A DNA stretch of 64,000 bases from Schmidtea polychroa. Its lineage: Eukaryota. Positions within the stretch are counted from its first letter, which is position 1. Each line of letters starts with the position of its first letter. The stretch spans positions 62,001 through 126,000 of the forward strand of contig JBJFYX010000150.1 of NCBI GenBank assembly GCA_044892525.1. The letters run 5' to 3'. Positions 11,587-24,060 of the stretch are shown piece by piece. A program made the translations under genes and the position numbers. A model generated the notes under the pieces. It had not been told where the DNA came from and searched no databases. It was given only the letters and a program-made list of their open reading frames with translations.

Positions 11587-12216
11587 TTGTATGCCTTAAC
11601 CAGGAACAAATTTGATAGTGGCATTTTAAAAACATTTAAAATCCAAAACTCTCTTAAATCTGACGGTTTTGTGGTTGATTTAAAAATGGTGTATAACATG
11701 GTGTATACATATAAGAAGAAACTCGGACACAACATTGAAACACTCACAGATGAGATGTGGCAAACATTTCTGTCTGATCTTAACCCTCTCCGTGTAAAAA
11801 ATAATGCTGATATTTATAGTGACCCGTTCTATTCCCACAAAAACCGTTACAAAATGTGCCTTCAGCTTCATCCCGATGGATTCAAAGCTAGAAAAGGGAC
11901 ACATCTTTCTGTTTTCTTTTTCATAATGCGCGGTGAAAACGATGTACTTTTGCAATGGCCTATGAAACTGGAAGGACATCTTGCTTTAATGTCGAATATA
12001 TTCGACAAATATACGGAGAGGGTTAATAAAAATAATGAATTCTTGTATAGCTTTTAAATCGATCCATTGAGAATTACCATAGCTAGCGATAAACTCTTAA
12101 CTAGAGCAAGAACAGCTGCAAATTGGTGCATTGATGGAACCTACAAATTGATAAATATGGGATTTCCTGTTGTTGTGACAGGATTTACGGATTTGTTGAA
12201 TAGGGTTTTCTGGTAA
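11587..12216 (+). pseudogene. MULE transposase-like frame containing a TRAF MATH segment
   Basis: ORF 11587-12057 continues in frame past TAA into IDPLRITIASDKLL..WCIDGTYKLINMGFPVVVTGFTD (MULE DDE first-Asp motif) and ends at a GTAAGT donor-like site at 12213. Confidence 0.7.
11812..11967 (+). pseudogene. TRAF: TRAF-type MATH domain fragment
   Basis: IYSDPFYSHKNRYKMCLQLHPDGFKARKGTHLSVFFFIMRGENDVLLQWPM matches the TRAF-C consensus (S.PFY..GYKMCL..G..GTHLS.F..IMRGEYD.LL.WPF). Confidence 0.85.
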
Positions 12217-12933
12217 GTTTATTATACATCTATATTGAATTCAATTAACCATAGTAGTATGATGTGAGGACTCCAACACACTTTCTTATCTTTATTGATT
12301 AATTTGTTTTATATAGATTTGCATTGATACCTCAGATAATATTTATAAATTAACTAAAAAATACACAAAATAGCAATAAATATGCATGATTAACAAAGAC
12401 ACTAGAAATTTGTAGAAACTTTTGCTATCCATTCATAAATCAATCCTCTATATCCCGGTTTCAACCTTAATCACATCAGTGAATCGTTGTTTACTACTGT
12501 TTTATTTAAATACAATAAATAACTAGATAACTTCAAAATACATTTATAATAATTAAATAAATGAATCAAATATTCAATAGAGGAATGTTTGAAAATTTTT
12601 AAAACATTTTTGATTTCCTTATCAGTGTAAGTATAATGATTATTTATAAGATCTTCAACTGTTGTTAAAAACTCGAACTTCAATGAGCGCTTACCTTCGG
12701 AATAGCTTGGACTTAATTTTTCATTATTTCTAGTATGACTTCCTTGCTATAAATTACATATATATAAAAATTGATAAAATAATAAAGTTACCAAATACAT
12801 TTTGTGATTTACACAATCATATTCAACAGCTTTACTTGTAGAAATCATCAGTAATAACTAAATTACTTTTGTTTTTACATTTTTATAAACAATGAGATAT
12901 AGCCAATCAAATTAACATTATCAAAATGTAATC

Positions 12934-12980
12934 GATGAGTCACGTGATTATGATGAGTCATATGACCTTGAATGAGTCAT
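12934..12980. promoter_or_regulatory. Small AP-1 / TGACCTTGA cluster
   Basis: Three TGAGTCA and one TGACCTTGA within about 47 bp. Confidence 0.5.
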
Positions 12981-13294
12981 GCTTTATAAAATAAGAATTT
13001 TGAAGAAAATAATCATGAAAATATTGAAAAATATGAAAAACAATGAAAATGTTGAAAATATTGCTTATTACAACATTGGGTTACACTGCATAAAACCCAT
13101 CGAAATAATATTTTTGAAAATAATAATAATAATACTTTTAGACATTTTGAGTGTGGTACCTAGCATTGTGTAAAAATGTGTTTTTAAAATATATTTAAGT
13201 TTTAAAATACCGCAACGTAATATATTATTGTCCCACGCCTTAATTGATTTTAATTGGTCAGAACTTAATAATATGCCCTTTGAGACATGTTTTA

Positions 13295-14493
13295 NNNNNN
13301 NNNNNNNNNNNNNNNNNNNNNNNNNNNNNNNNNNNNNNNNNNNNNNNNNNNNNNNNNNNNNNNNNNNNNNNNNNNNNNNNNNNNNNNNNNNNNNNNNNNN
13401 NNNNNNNNNNNNNNNNNNNNNNNNNNNNNNNNNNNNNNNNNNNNNNNNNNNNNNNNNNNNNNNNNNNNNNNNNTTGTGCTAAATTCTGATTTTAATAATA
13501 ATAATATTAAGCACATATTAAGCATATGCATCCGTGTTAAACAAGGTATGTACATGATTAACAAAGACATGTGTAAAACATATCGAATGTGATTGTGTGT
13601 GTAAAATATCTAATTATTGCTTTTTCTTTACAATTATCTGTACAGGCACACACACACAAATTTTTCATAAATTTTAAAGAAATTTGATAAAATTTCAAAT
13701 TTTTTCACACACATAGTAATTCTCTACCATATAGCACACACACGGTAAACATAAATTTTTTAAAGAAATTTACATGATTTTTATAAAATTTCATATTTTT
13801 ACACACACATAGTAATTTTCTACCCCATAACTTGTGTGTATAAATATTTTAGGTTTNNNNNNNNNNNNNNNNNNNNNNNNNNNNNNNNNNNNNNNNNNNN
13901 NNNNNNNNNNNNNNNNNNNNNNNNNNNNNNNNNNNNNNNNNNNNNNNNNNNNNNNNNNNNNNNNNNNNNNNNNNNNNNNNNNNNNNNNNNNNNNNNNNNN
14001 NNNNNNNNNNNNNNNNNNNNNNNNACCTTGGACCCTTTGCCTTCAAACTCACCATCAAAAGTCCTTTTGAATGATATATATTATATGGTTTGAAAGACGT
14101 TGAATATACTCTACGCTTTTTCATTTTTTCAAAATGCTCGTGGTTAGATAAATAAATTTTAATTATTATGTTTTTATGAATTATGAAACCAATTTATTAA
14201 ATTTTATTATGAAGAATATGAATATGTTTTTATGAAGAAAATTATGACACCTATANNNNNNNNNNNNNNNNNNNNNNNNNNNNNNNNNNNNNNNNNNNNN
14301 NNNNNNNNNNNNNNNNNNNNNNNNNNNNNNNNNNNNNNNNNNNNNNNNNNNNNNNNNNNNNNNNNNNNNNNNNNNNNNNNNNNNNNNNNNNNNNNNNNNN
14401 NNNNNNNNNNNNNNNNNNNNNNNNNNNNNNNNNNNNNNNNNNNNNNNNNNNNNNNNNNNNNNNNNNNNNNNNNNNNNNNNNNNNNNNNNNNNN
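13295..14493. other. Three N gaps (13295-13473, 13857-14024, 14256-14493)
   Basis: N runs; other gaps at 26991-27121, 34079-34257, 41065-41219 and 44625-44873. Confidence 1.
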
Positions 14494-14574
14494 CTGTCTT
14501 TATGAGTCTTTGTTCTAAAAGGATGAATCATACACAGGGGGGCTAGTGCAAAAAAAGGTACTCCATATTTAAAT

Positions 14575-15175
14575 GATGAATCATTGATGAGTCTTTGTTT
14601 TAATGTCTTTGTTTAAATGTCTTTGTTTAAATATTTGTTTAAATGTCTTTGTTTAAAAAATTGATGAGTCATCTGTACTTTAATGACCTTGATGAGTCAT
14701 TGGTTTTGTTCCAAAAATGATGAGTCATATGAACTTTAATGATGAGTCATAGGATCAGTGGTCGGATCAAAAGGTGATCTGATCAAAAATGTTACTAAAA
14801 ATAGATTCAAAATTAGATGTCTTTGTTACTAAAAATAGTTGATGAGTCATCGATTAGTCATCGACCTTGTGACAAAAAATAGAATGACCTTGATCTAGTT
14901 ACTAAAAATAGAATGACCTTGATCTAGTTACTAAAATAGAATGACCTTGATGAGTCACCGATGAGTCACATGACCTTGACCTAATTATCGCCGTTGTTAT
15001 GGATGAGTTCCGTGAACTTGACATAGTTACCGTCATTGTTATGGATGAGTCACGCGACCTTGAACTAGTAACCGTGGTTGCTATGGATGAGTCATATGAC
15101 CTTGACCTGGTTACGAAGGTGAGTCATATGTCTTTGTTTAGCGATGAGTCATCGCAGGGGGTATATGATGAATCA
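14575..15175. promoter_or_regulatory. Degenerate repeat region forming a dense AP-1 / nuclear-receptor / HMG-site cluster
   Basis: Eleven TGAGTCA (mostly GATGAGTCAT/C), six TGACCTTGA and several GTCTTTGTT counted by eye; function untested. Confidence 0.55.
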
Positions 15176-16273
15176 TGGAGCTACTACTACCTACTAACTA
15201 TTTATACAAAAAGGCCGTTGAAATGAAAAAAGAGGATATAAAGAATATTGAAAACATGGATGAATATGCAAAACTAATAAATTCTTCTCAAGAACAATAG
15301 TAGCGGATTATGCTGAGTATATATGAAATGCTATTGAAAAATATGACAGCACTATAAAACGCATTAATTGCTGGTTACATACAAATAACAACATGATAAT
15401 GGAAAGACAATATATGAGGATGTTTCATTTCTTCAGGGTATTTTTGATGTGAGGTTTTTTAATAAAGGAGTTTCGTTACTTTTCAAAAGGTTGAACGAAA
15501 TTGATGATGTTCGTGATTTTTAGCAGCGTTTAAATACCGATATTTTGAAAATATGCGCATTAGACTGAATCATGTGCACCTTTTTCTCCTAATACAAACA
15601 ATGCTCTTAAAAGATTTAATCACACAATAAAATCATGGTATGTAAGACATGAAATGTCTTCAATGAAGAATTTTATCAAATTCTTTGGTTTAACTGTGTG
15701 TAGATTATGTTTAGACAGAGCTTTATAAGATACGTTCGAGTTATGTAAGGATATTCAGTTTCAGTTTCAATTTTTGTGTGAAATCGGTAATAGAGATGTC
15801 GTGATAGTCTCTGAACATTCTTTGGATTCCAGTGAAATTGACTTACTATGCTCTCAATACTTGAATTTGGATTTTAAGAAATTACGGGATTTGAAAGATT
15901 TTATATGTGTTTATTGTACCTAATAAATTAATAACTAGCTATTTGGATCTGTAATGCTCGTGTTTTGATTTCAATAAAATTAGAAGATGTAATCATATAT
16001 ATATATATATATAATTTTCTGAAAAGTATTAGTAAGTTGAATATCATTTGTGTTTCGATTGTTAAGAGGGGAAAACGAAAAGAAGACCAACTGCTAAAAT
16101 TGCAAATAGTTCGGCTCTGAATAAAACTACCAGACCATACGATATTTAAGTAAAGGTTTTTATAGTGTGTAGATTACAATTTGATTACTAATTTGATGTG
16201 TATAATTAAATGCAATTAGTAATATAGTGTTTATATTAGTAATATAGTATGTGGATTAGAAATATAGTGTGTA

Positions 16274-18002
16274 CACCAAACGCCACTGAGACCGTTTCCT
16301 ATAATAAAACAAGAAAATCAATAATTTTACATTATAGAAACATACATACTTACTTTGATTTCACGCTGATGTTCTCATTTATAGTGCAGTTAGATACATC
16401 TTATACTATAGAAATCTGAAAAGTGGAAGAAAAATTAAAAACTGCACACAAACCCAAGACATACTAAAAACACATACAAACTTTTGATTCATTGAAATGC
16501 ACAGCCGAGATACGTTACTACAATAATTCTATTTTAGACAATTTTTAGAAAAAAAAGATCGCTGAAAATATTTTAAAATATATTTTTATTGAAATTGTCA
16601 AGAGCAGATGAATTTGGTTCAATGTCTCTTCAATCCAGATTTGCTTTCCTGAAAGATGCCCTTCACGTTGAGCTCAGAAAAAAAATTACAGAAATTAAAA
16701 AAATTATTTTATTCATATTCGGCGATTTTTCCCAAAATGTTTTAGAAAAATACATATTTTTGGTAATTGATTTATTTAATTATAATTATAAACATATCTG
16801 ACTCACGTTGTTTCGAAATAATTCCAAAATACTTAAAAATAAATGTCATAAAATTCATAAAAAATCCCTGAAAATTAATTAAAAATAATTTATAATTATC
16901 CTGTTGATTAAAAGTAATATTTACGAACTTGAACAATGATCTCATATTTATATGGATCAAAATTCAAGTCTTAAAATTTACTTAAAATTTAACATCTTAC
17001 TTGAAAGTCATTTCTAAAATGACTAAAATAAATTTCCAAATAAATTTCAAATTCATGATGAATGATTAAATGTGATAATGAGTAAATGAACTGGTGAGAG
17101 AAATTGCTCTACACGCAAACCATCACTAGACCAAACACCACTGAGAATCATTTCCTATAATATAACAAAAAAATCAATAATCTTACATTATAGAAACATA
17201 CATACTTACTTTGATTTCATGTATGTTCTCATTTAGAGTGCAGTCAGATACATCTTATACTATAGAAATCTGAAAAGTGGAAGAAAAATTAAAAACTGCA
17301 CACAAACGCAACACATACGAAAAAACACATACAAACTTTTGATTCATCGAAATGCACCGCTGAGATACATTTCTATAATAATTTTATTTTAGACAATTTT
17401 TAGATAAAAAAAGATCGATGAAAAGTTTTAAAAATATATTTTTAATAAAATTTTCAAGAGCAGATGAATTTGGTTCAATGTCTTTTCAATCCATATTTGC
17501 TTTCCTGAAAGAAGCTTCTCATATTGAGCTCAGAAAAAAAAATAACAAAAAATTATTTTATTTTTATTATTCGACGATTTTTCCCAAAATGTTTTAGAAA
17601 GTCACATATTTTTGGTAATTCATTTATTTAATTATAATTTAAAACATATCTGACTCACATTTTTTCGAAAATATTCCAAACTGCTTGTCATAAAATATCA
17701 AAAATCCCTGAAAATTAATTAAAAATAATTTATAATTATGTTGACTAAAAGTAAAATTTAAGAACTTGAATGATCTCATATCTAAATGGATCAAAATTCA
17801 AGACTTTAAATTTACTTAAAATTAAATATCTTACCTGAAAGCCATTTCTAAAATGGCTAAAATAAATTTCCAAAAAACATTCATTATTGTAAGCAATTCA
17901 GTAAATTGATGATGATTAATTGGTAAATACAGCCAATTGGTGAGTGAATTGCTTTACACGCCAACTACCACTATAGAGAATGTATCTCAGTGGTGTTTGG
18001 TG
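16274..18002. mobile_element. Head-to-tail dimer of a TA-flanked MITE (TIR CACCAAACACCACTGAGA)
   Basis: Left TIR at 16274, second unit from about 17130, right TIR TCTCAGTGGTGTTTGGTG ending 18002; TA at both flanks; inserted in the 20-bp minisatellite. Confidence 0.85.
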
Positions 18003-20154
18003 TAGATTAGTAATATAGTATGTGGGTTAGTAATATAGTGTGTAGATTAGTTTTAGCCATTACACAACCATAAATTGTTTATGTGATAGACATAGTTAAC
18101 ATTAGAAATAGCGATGAGAATAATAATCGCAATTTCCGTGTCAATCAATAATTCCACAGCAATATATTTCAACTTTTACTGATATTACAATAATAACAAT
18201 AAAATTAATATAATATACTGATTTATTAGTACCACGCAAAATTATAAGTGATTTAAACTCAATTTTAAAGAGTACTGCTGGATATTTGAACCCAAGGGAT
18301 CATATCAATATCGGATCTTTTTAGTGAATTCTTAATAAACCTATAATGATTTTAATAGCCTCCAATATTAATCCTTAGAGTGGTTTTATCGGGTAATTGC
18401 TATCTAGTTTTAATGTTCATATTTCAATTCCAAATCGGCTTTTTCTTTATTTAATTTTTGTTATTTCGATTATTACATCACATTCAATTTGATTTGTTTG
18501 AATCATTAAACCTCAATTTTATGATGTTTATTTCATTTTCAACAAACTTTCTCTCTAGCAAAGTCAAAGTTTATTGAATTCATCTTTACAGATTTCAGAA
18601 AAATTTTTTTTGCTTGTTAGTTATTGATGGCGTTGACGTTTTTATGCATATATTTTTATTTAAATTATCTACATTATTAGTATTACATAAAATGTCATCA
18701 AAATTATTTATAAATTTAAAATTAAAATCAACATATATAGGTACGCCCTTAATCAATATATATTAATATAAAAGTATGACTTTATTTAAATTTTATTTAT
18801 CGATATACTACTTATATATTAAAAGTAATCTATTATCAAATAGATTGGAAATATTAAATTTATTGACAATTTTGCTTAATTTATAAATCATCCACATATA
18901 TTAATTATCGACATATTAATTATTGTTATATGTACGTCAGTAACTTTTGTTGATGTTGACAATATTATTACAGGGATATATCATTAAATCTAACTGTGTT
19001 ATACACTACTTTTAATTTTGCCATTATGTTATTGTTATTATTTTTCTTATTATTTTTATAACTTTTACAAATATATATTATTAAAACAAATCCTCAAATA
19101 AAGCTTGGGAAATTTTTAATGAATTTTAATGTTCTTAACTATTCTACATATTGCAATCATACATAATATAAAAATCACCATCACATTATTTAATAAACTA
19201 AACAAATTATGTGTGTCGATAATTAATCATTTTAATAAATTAATTAAATTATTAACAAAAAGGTTTAAAAAGATTTTTTTTGTAAACTTAAGTGCTTTGT
19301 AATTTGCTTTATAAATGTTTTATAAATTTAATTGCGTGATTATAAAAACTTGAGTACTCGACAATTTGTTTAATGGAGAGAAAATACCTTCTGTAGTATG
19401 CTAGCTTTATCTTGAAACAGACATATTGTTTTAAAAACTCAGTTTTTATTCAAATTTAAGAAATTTCAAATTTTTTCCAAATGCCACGTAGTCTTTCTTC
19501 CTTTCCACACATTCAGCTTTTGTTTGATTGTTTGATGAAGTTATTAATTACTTTTTATTATGTTGTTGATATTTTGAATATATGCAGAGCAAGGTAATTA
19601 CGATTTTGACCAACATTACAGAGACACTTCAGTGGCAGCTAGAATTTTACAATTAATTTCATAATAAATCACATTTTGTATGTTATCTTTGCATAAAACA
19701 CTCGCACACCTACAAAAAATATTTTAAATAAAGAATTATTAAATTATTTATTTTGCAATATGAAATTAATAAAAATCGCTGTATAAAATAATTAGATATT
19801 TTAATTTGTATACCACTAGAATAGTGTCTGCTAAAATGTGTGCCGTGAAATATTTAGGATAATTTAAATCTGTAATTGAAAAGATTTGCCAGCAAGAATC
19901 AAGATAAGAAAATTACAATGTATAAGACAAAGTACGTAAAATAATATAAGGATTTTTGTTATTACTACACTAAAGAATTTGTATATTTTTGTTTATATGA
20001 TAAGTTATATTTAAATTTTTTCGATATTTTTTATTTAGTGTGCCACAAAACAAAAGGCCGTTTCTTAGTGTGCAACGAAAGAAAGAAGTTTGACAGACAC
20101 TGCACTAGAACATACAAAATAACTGTAATTAATGTTAACCTGAAATTCAGACAG

Positions 20155-20188
20155 AGAACGGGCGTCAGTTCTGACGGGTTACAACTAG
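20155..20188 (+). mobile_element. Helitron-like 3' terminus
   Basis: Hairpin CGTCAG-TT-CTGACG, then CTAG (20185-20188) followed by T; 5' end not located. Confidence 0.65.
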
Positions 20189-21409
20189 TTTAATAAATAA
20201 AATAATAAATTATGATATATAAATATTTATATAAATTTTTAGTTAAATACATATCACAAAGATATTTTACTCTAAGAAAATAATTGATACTGTCAGAAAT
20301 AATATTTTATATTTTCTTTAAAAATCTTTAATAAAATACTTTATTTTTAAAGTTTTCTCACTGAAAAAACTCATTTATAATTAAAACCTTTATAATTAAT
20401 TTATTTTCCATAACCATTTTTACTAATTTCGTGGAAATTGTAGGAAATCAAGAATAAGAAATTTTTTTACTCCATTTGAGCATCATTATAATCATTATTC
20501 AGTGAGAGACATAGAAGGGGATTTCTAATGAAATTGTAGAGAAAACAATTTACCAAAACAAACCCGTACCTACAGCTTATTAAACAATAGATCATATCTC
20601 CTTGATTTCTGTCAATAAATGTCGTTCAAAATCTGATGTAAGCACTCTTCAAATAAGACAACATCTCTGATAATTTGACAAGGAAGAAAAGATTTTACTA
20701 AATTTTTAATTAAACAAAATTTATTAAAACTGATTTTATTTAAAAATATAATATATAATTTGTTAAATAATCCGGATATGATAAATGTCAGTAGCAATAA
20801 ATTTGCAATTATTATTTTCTGAAGTCAAAAACATTTATTTCAATATATTATTGAATCCTCACTTTTCGCACAAATTAAGAGACTGCAATTTTCATATCAT
20901 CAAACAGAGTTGTGCCAAAAACATTCATAAAATTTCAGTAAAAAATTATAAAATAGTTTTGTTGAGGATACTTAAGTAATAAAATAAAATAATTATTGAA
21001 ATGTATATAATGATTAGAGTATATGGTTAGGGACCCGCTAACTCACATACCCCCCTCACCTCCCGAAAATTTTTTTTTAAATTATAATTTTTTAAGATAT
21101 TTTATACTTTTTTAATATTTTCAACAGTTTTCAAGGGTTTTCAAGGGTTTTCTCGAAACGTGTCGCAAATTATTAAAAGTGATTGAGAAGTGAGGTTTTA
21201 TCACGTAAATGTCCAGTGAAAAAGAACCGCTAAATCGATAAACGAATTAGTTTAAAATTGTCCGAGTCAATGGTGAAAATATTTATTTTCCGGTGAAAAT
21301 TTACCAACAGTTTGATGATGCGCATTATTTGTTTTTTGCATAATTATAATGATGAAACGAATCAACTGTCAAAATAGATCGATGATATTGCGCAACACAT
21401 GTTAGGACC

Positions 21410-23125
21410 ATGCTGAAAATTTTTGGTAAAAGTCCTCAGTGCTTAGTAGAATTACTCCATATAACATTCACTAGCACTGGGGCAGAAATCAATGAGTTCT
21501 ATCTTGCTTATCAATTATTTAACTATTTTGCAGGAAACATTGATATGTCACAGGATCTTCGAATCGCAATATGGGAAAGTATCGGCACCAACTTTAGGAA
21601 CATCAGTTTAAACACTTTCAAATATGCCGATAAAATGGTCTTCGGAAGTTTCATCATAGGAGACCTTGTCCATGAACAGCACGTGGATTTCCTAAACGCG
21701 TTCGAAGCGGCCATAGAAATATGGCTGCTAAAAGTAACTAATAATCAAAATTACCTATCTAATTATAAAAATGTTTTCAAAAATAATACTGCTAATAATA
21801 TTTCTTATAAAGATAAAATTAAAAAAACACCCTTTGATAAAAATTATAAAAAAGACTCTCAAAGTATCAAATATATATCCTTTCTTAATAATAATCTTAA
21901 TATTAAATATTATAATGATTTTTTCATAAATGATTTTAATAATGTAAAATTTAATAATTTAAAACTTAATAATACTAAACTTAATAATAATGTAAAACTT
22001 AATATTGTAGAACCTAATAATGTAAAAATGAATAATGAAAAGCCTAATAACGTGAAATTTAATTATAAAAAGAGAAAAAGAAAAATTAACAAAATCAAAA
22101 ATAGAAAAATTAAAATATTTAAAGAAAATTTAAGGGAAAATTTGTTTAAATTTTCACCAAATTTCAGATCTGATGACCATGCTGAAAATTTTTTTCGTCC
22201 TCCTTCGGAGGACGAAAAGAATAATATACGCAGCTCGCCGGCCCGAGGCCGGCTCCCGGAAAATGTTGGCAGGAGACCTAAGAATAATACAATAACTCTA
22301 ATAAATCCACCTTATTCTATACCAAAACCGACCGTCAAAATTTGGAAACCAAAAACCTCAAACTATATTAACCTACCTAGACCCCACTACTCTAGTCCTA
22401 TACCAATAAAACCTATTAATACTCTAGATAATATGCATTTCGATTTATTATCTGCTAGGTACGATGTTGAAGTCCAAACAGATGACAATTCTAGATCTAA
22501 TACCGAATTACCGAGCGATGAACCTAATAATACAAACGAAGAAGATAATCTATTTATCATGAACACTGATCCACCAACAACCGAAAATTCAAAAAACTAT
22601 ACATCACTGAATGCCCATAATGTCAATATTATGGACGACAGCATTACTAAAACAAAACCGGATACTGAAAAACAGCCTACTAAAACTGCCAACAAAGAAG
22701 ATAATCTATTTATCATGAATACTTCTCTACCAACAGCCCAATTTCAAAACCACTCTACAACACTGAATGCCCACTATATAAATCTTATTGATGACAGTAT
22801 TATTGAAAAGAAGATGACAGATATTGAGAAACAACCTGATTCATATCCAGATTCAGAGTCATTCTCTGATTCTGATCCAGATTCCGAGTCTAGCTCTGAT
22901 ACTGATTCATACCCAGATTCTGACTCAATTTCTGAGTATGATCGAAATTATGCTTCCGTTCGTGTCTACATCACTGAATGCACATACACAGATTCAGACC
23001 CTCTTAACATCTGCAGCTCCGATTCCATTTCCGATCCTCCCTGTGATTCAGACTCCGATAATATCTCCAATTCAGATTCTACTTCCGAATCGTCCTATGA
23101 TGCAGACTGCAACTTGGATTTATAA
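21410..23125 (+). CDS. 571-aa orphan protein (conserved N-terminal domain, Asn/Lys-rich linker, ~52-aa duplication, Ser/Asp-rich tail)
   Basis: Intact ORF; first ~110 aa roughly 80% identical to the copy-2 translation, with visible synonymous changes (e.g. TTA CTC vs TTG CTT). Confidence 0.7.
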   Translation: MLKIFGKSPQCLVELLHITFTSTGAEINEFYLAYQLFNYFAGNIDMSQDLRIAIWESIGTNFRNISLNTFKYADKMVFGSFIIGDLVHEQHVDFLNAFEAAIEIWLLKVTNNQNYLSNYKNVFKNNTANNISYKDKIKKTPFDKNYKKDSQSIKYISFLNNNLNIKYYNDFFINDFNNVKFNNLKLNNTKLNNNVKLNIVEPNNVKMNNEKPNNVKFNYKKRKRKINKIKNRKIKIFKENLRENLFKFSPNFRSDDHAENFFRPPSEDEKNNIRSSPARGRLPENVGRRPKNNTITLINPPYSIPKPTVKIWKPKTSNYINLPRPHYSSPIPIKPINTLDNMHFDLLSARYDVEVQTDDNSRSNTELPSDEPNNTNEEDNLFIMNTDPPTTENSKNYTSLNAHNVNIMDDSITKTKPDTEKQPTKTANKEDNLFIMNTSLPTAQFQNHSTTLNAHYINLIDDSIIEKKMTDIEKQPDSYPDSESFSDSDPDSESSSDTDSYPDSDSISEYDRNYASVRVYITECTYTDSDPLNICSSDSISDPPCDSDSDNISNSDSTSESSYDADCNLDL

Positions 23126-23339
23126 GCTCAGCTATGTATCACGGTGAAATATCTTCAACATTTTTTATATATACCCTTATTTATATTTAATTTCTCATAT
23201 TTATATATATATATATGTGTATGTATGTATATATGTATGTATGTATATATACCCTTTATTTATATCTAACCTTCATATCACCATTATAAAACTATATTCT
23301 TTAAAAGCTTAATTATAATTAATTTAACTATATCTATAA

Positions 23340-24060
23340 ATTGAATTAATTGATATTTGTTTAAATTACTAATTATCTTGGAATTTGAAATTTTCAAATA
23401 TCTCAATTTAAATAATTTTACTATCATTATATACTAGATATAAAAAATACCCTTATCTATAATTTCCTATTATAAAATTATATTCATTAAAATTTAATTA
23501 ATTTGACTATATCTATACTTTAATCTCTTAAGGTTTGAATTAACTTGGATTTTGGTTTAATTTTAATTTAACTATATATATTCATCTTTTGAATACTAAC
23601 TATATTTAAAATTTATTGTATACATTATCCTATCTATATTTAATTAAATTTTATAATAAAATACTTTTTGAATTAAATAGGTAATAAAATACATTTTGAA
23701 TTTAATTGACACTTGTTTAAATTTTTTATAAATTATATGTACCCCTATCTATATTTATATTCATTAAAATTTAATTAATTTGACTATATCTATACCTTAA
23801 TCTCTTAAGGTATGAATTAACTTGGATTTTGGTTAACTATATATATATTCATCTTTTGAATACTAACTATATTTAAAATTTTATTGTATACATAATCCTA
23901 TCTATATTTAATTTAATTAAATAATTTTATAATAAAATACTTTTTGAATTAAATTGGTAATAAAATACATTTCGAATTTAATTGACAATTGTTTAAATTA
24001 CTAGTTATTTTGGAAATTGAGATTTTCAAATATCTCAATCTAAATAATTTAACTAAGTTA
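23340..24060. repeat. AT-rich internal tandem duplication (~280-bp unit)
   Basis: About 23475-23720 repeated at about 23755-24000; 23345-23425 repeated near 23980-24060. Confidence 0.8.

Noticed and set aside
13228-14546. ORFs spanning N runs (also at 26.9, 34, 41 and 44.5 kb)
   Set aside because: Artefacts of translating gaps
14999-15226. 75-aa ORF with MDES repeats
   Set aside because: By-product of the ~42-bp GATGAGTCA repeat; no independent coding evidence
21025-21032. Telomeric GGTTAGGG at the TIR start
   Set aside because: Only one unit; insufficient to claim telomere relevance
22169-22190. Hammerhead ribozyme (CTGATGA...GAAA)
   Set aside because: No G10.1-C11.1 stem II, no stem III with NUH site, and copy 2 reads CCGATGA...TAAAA, losing core bases
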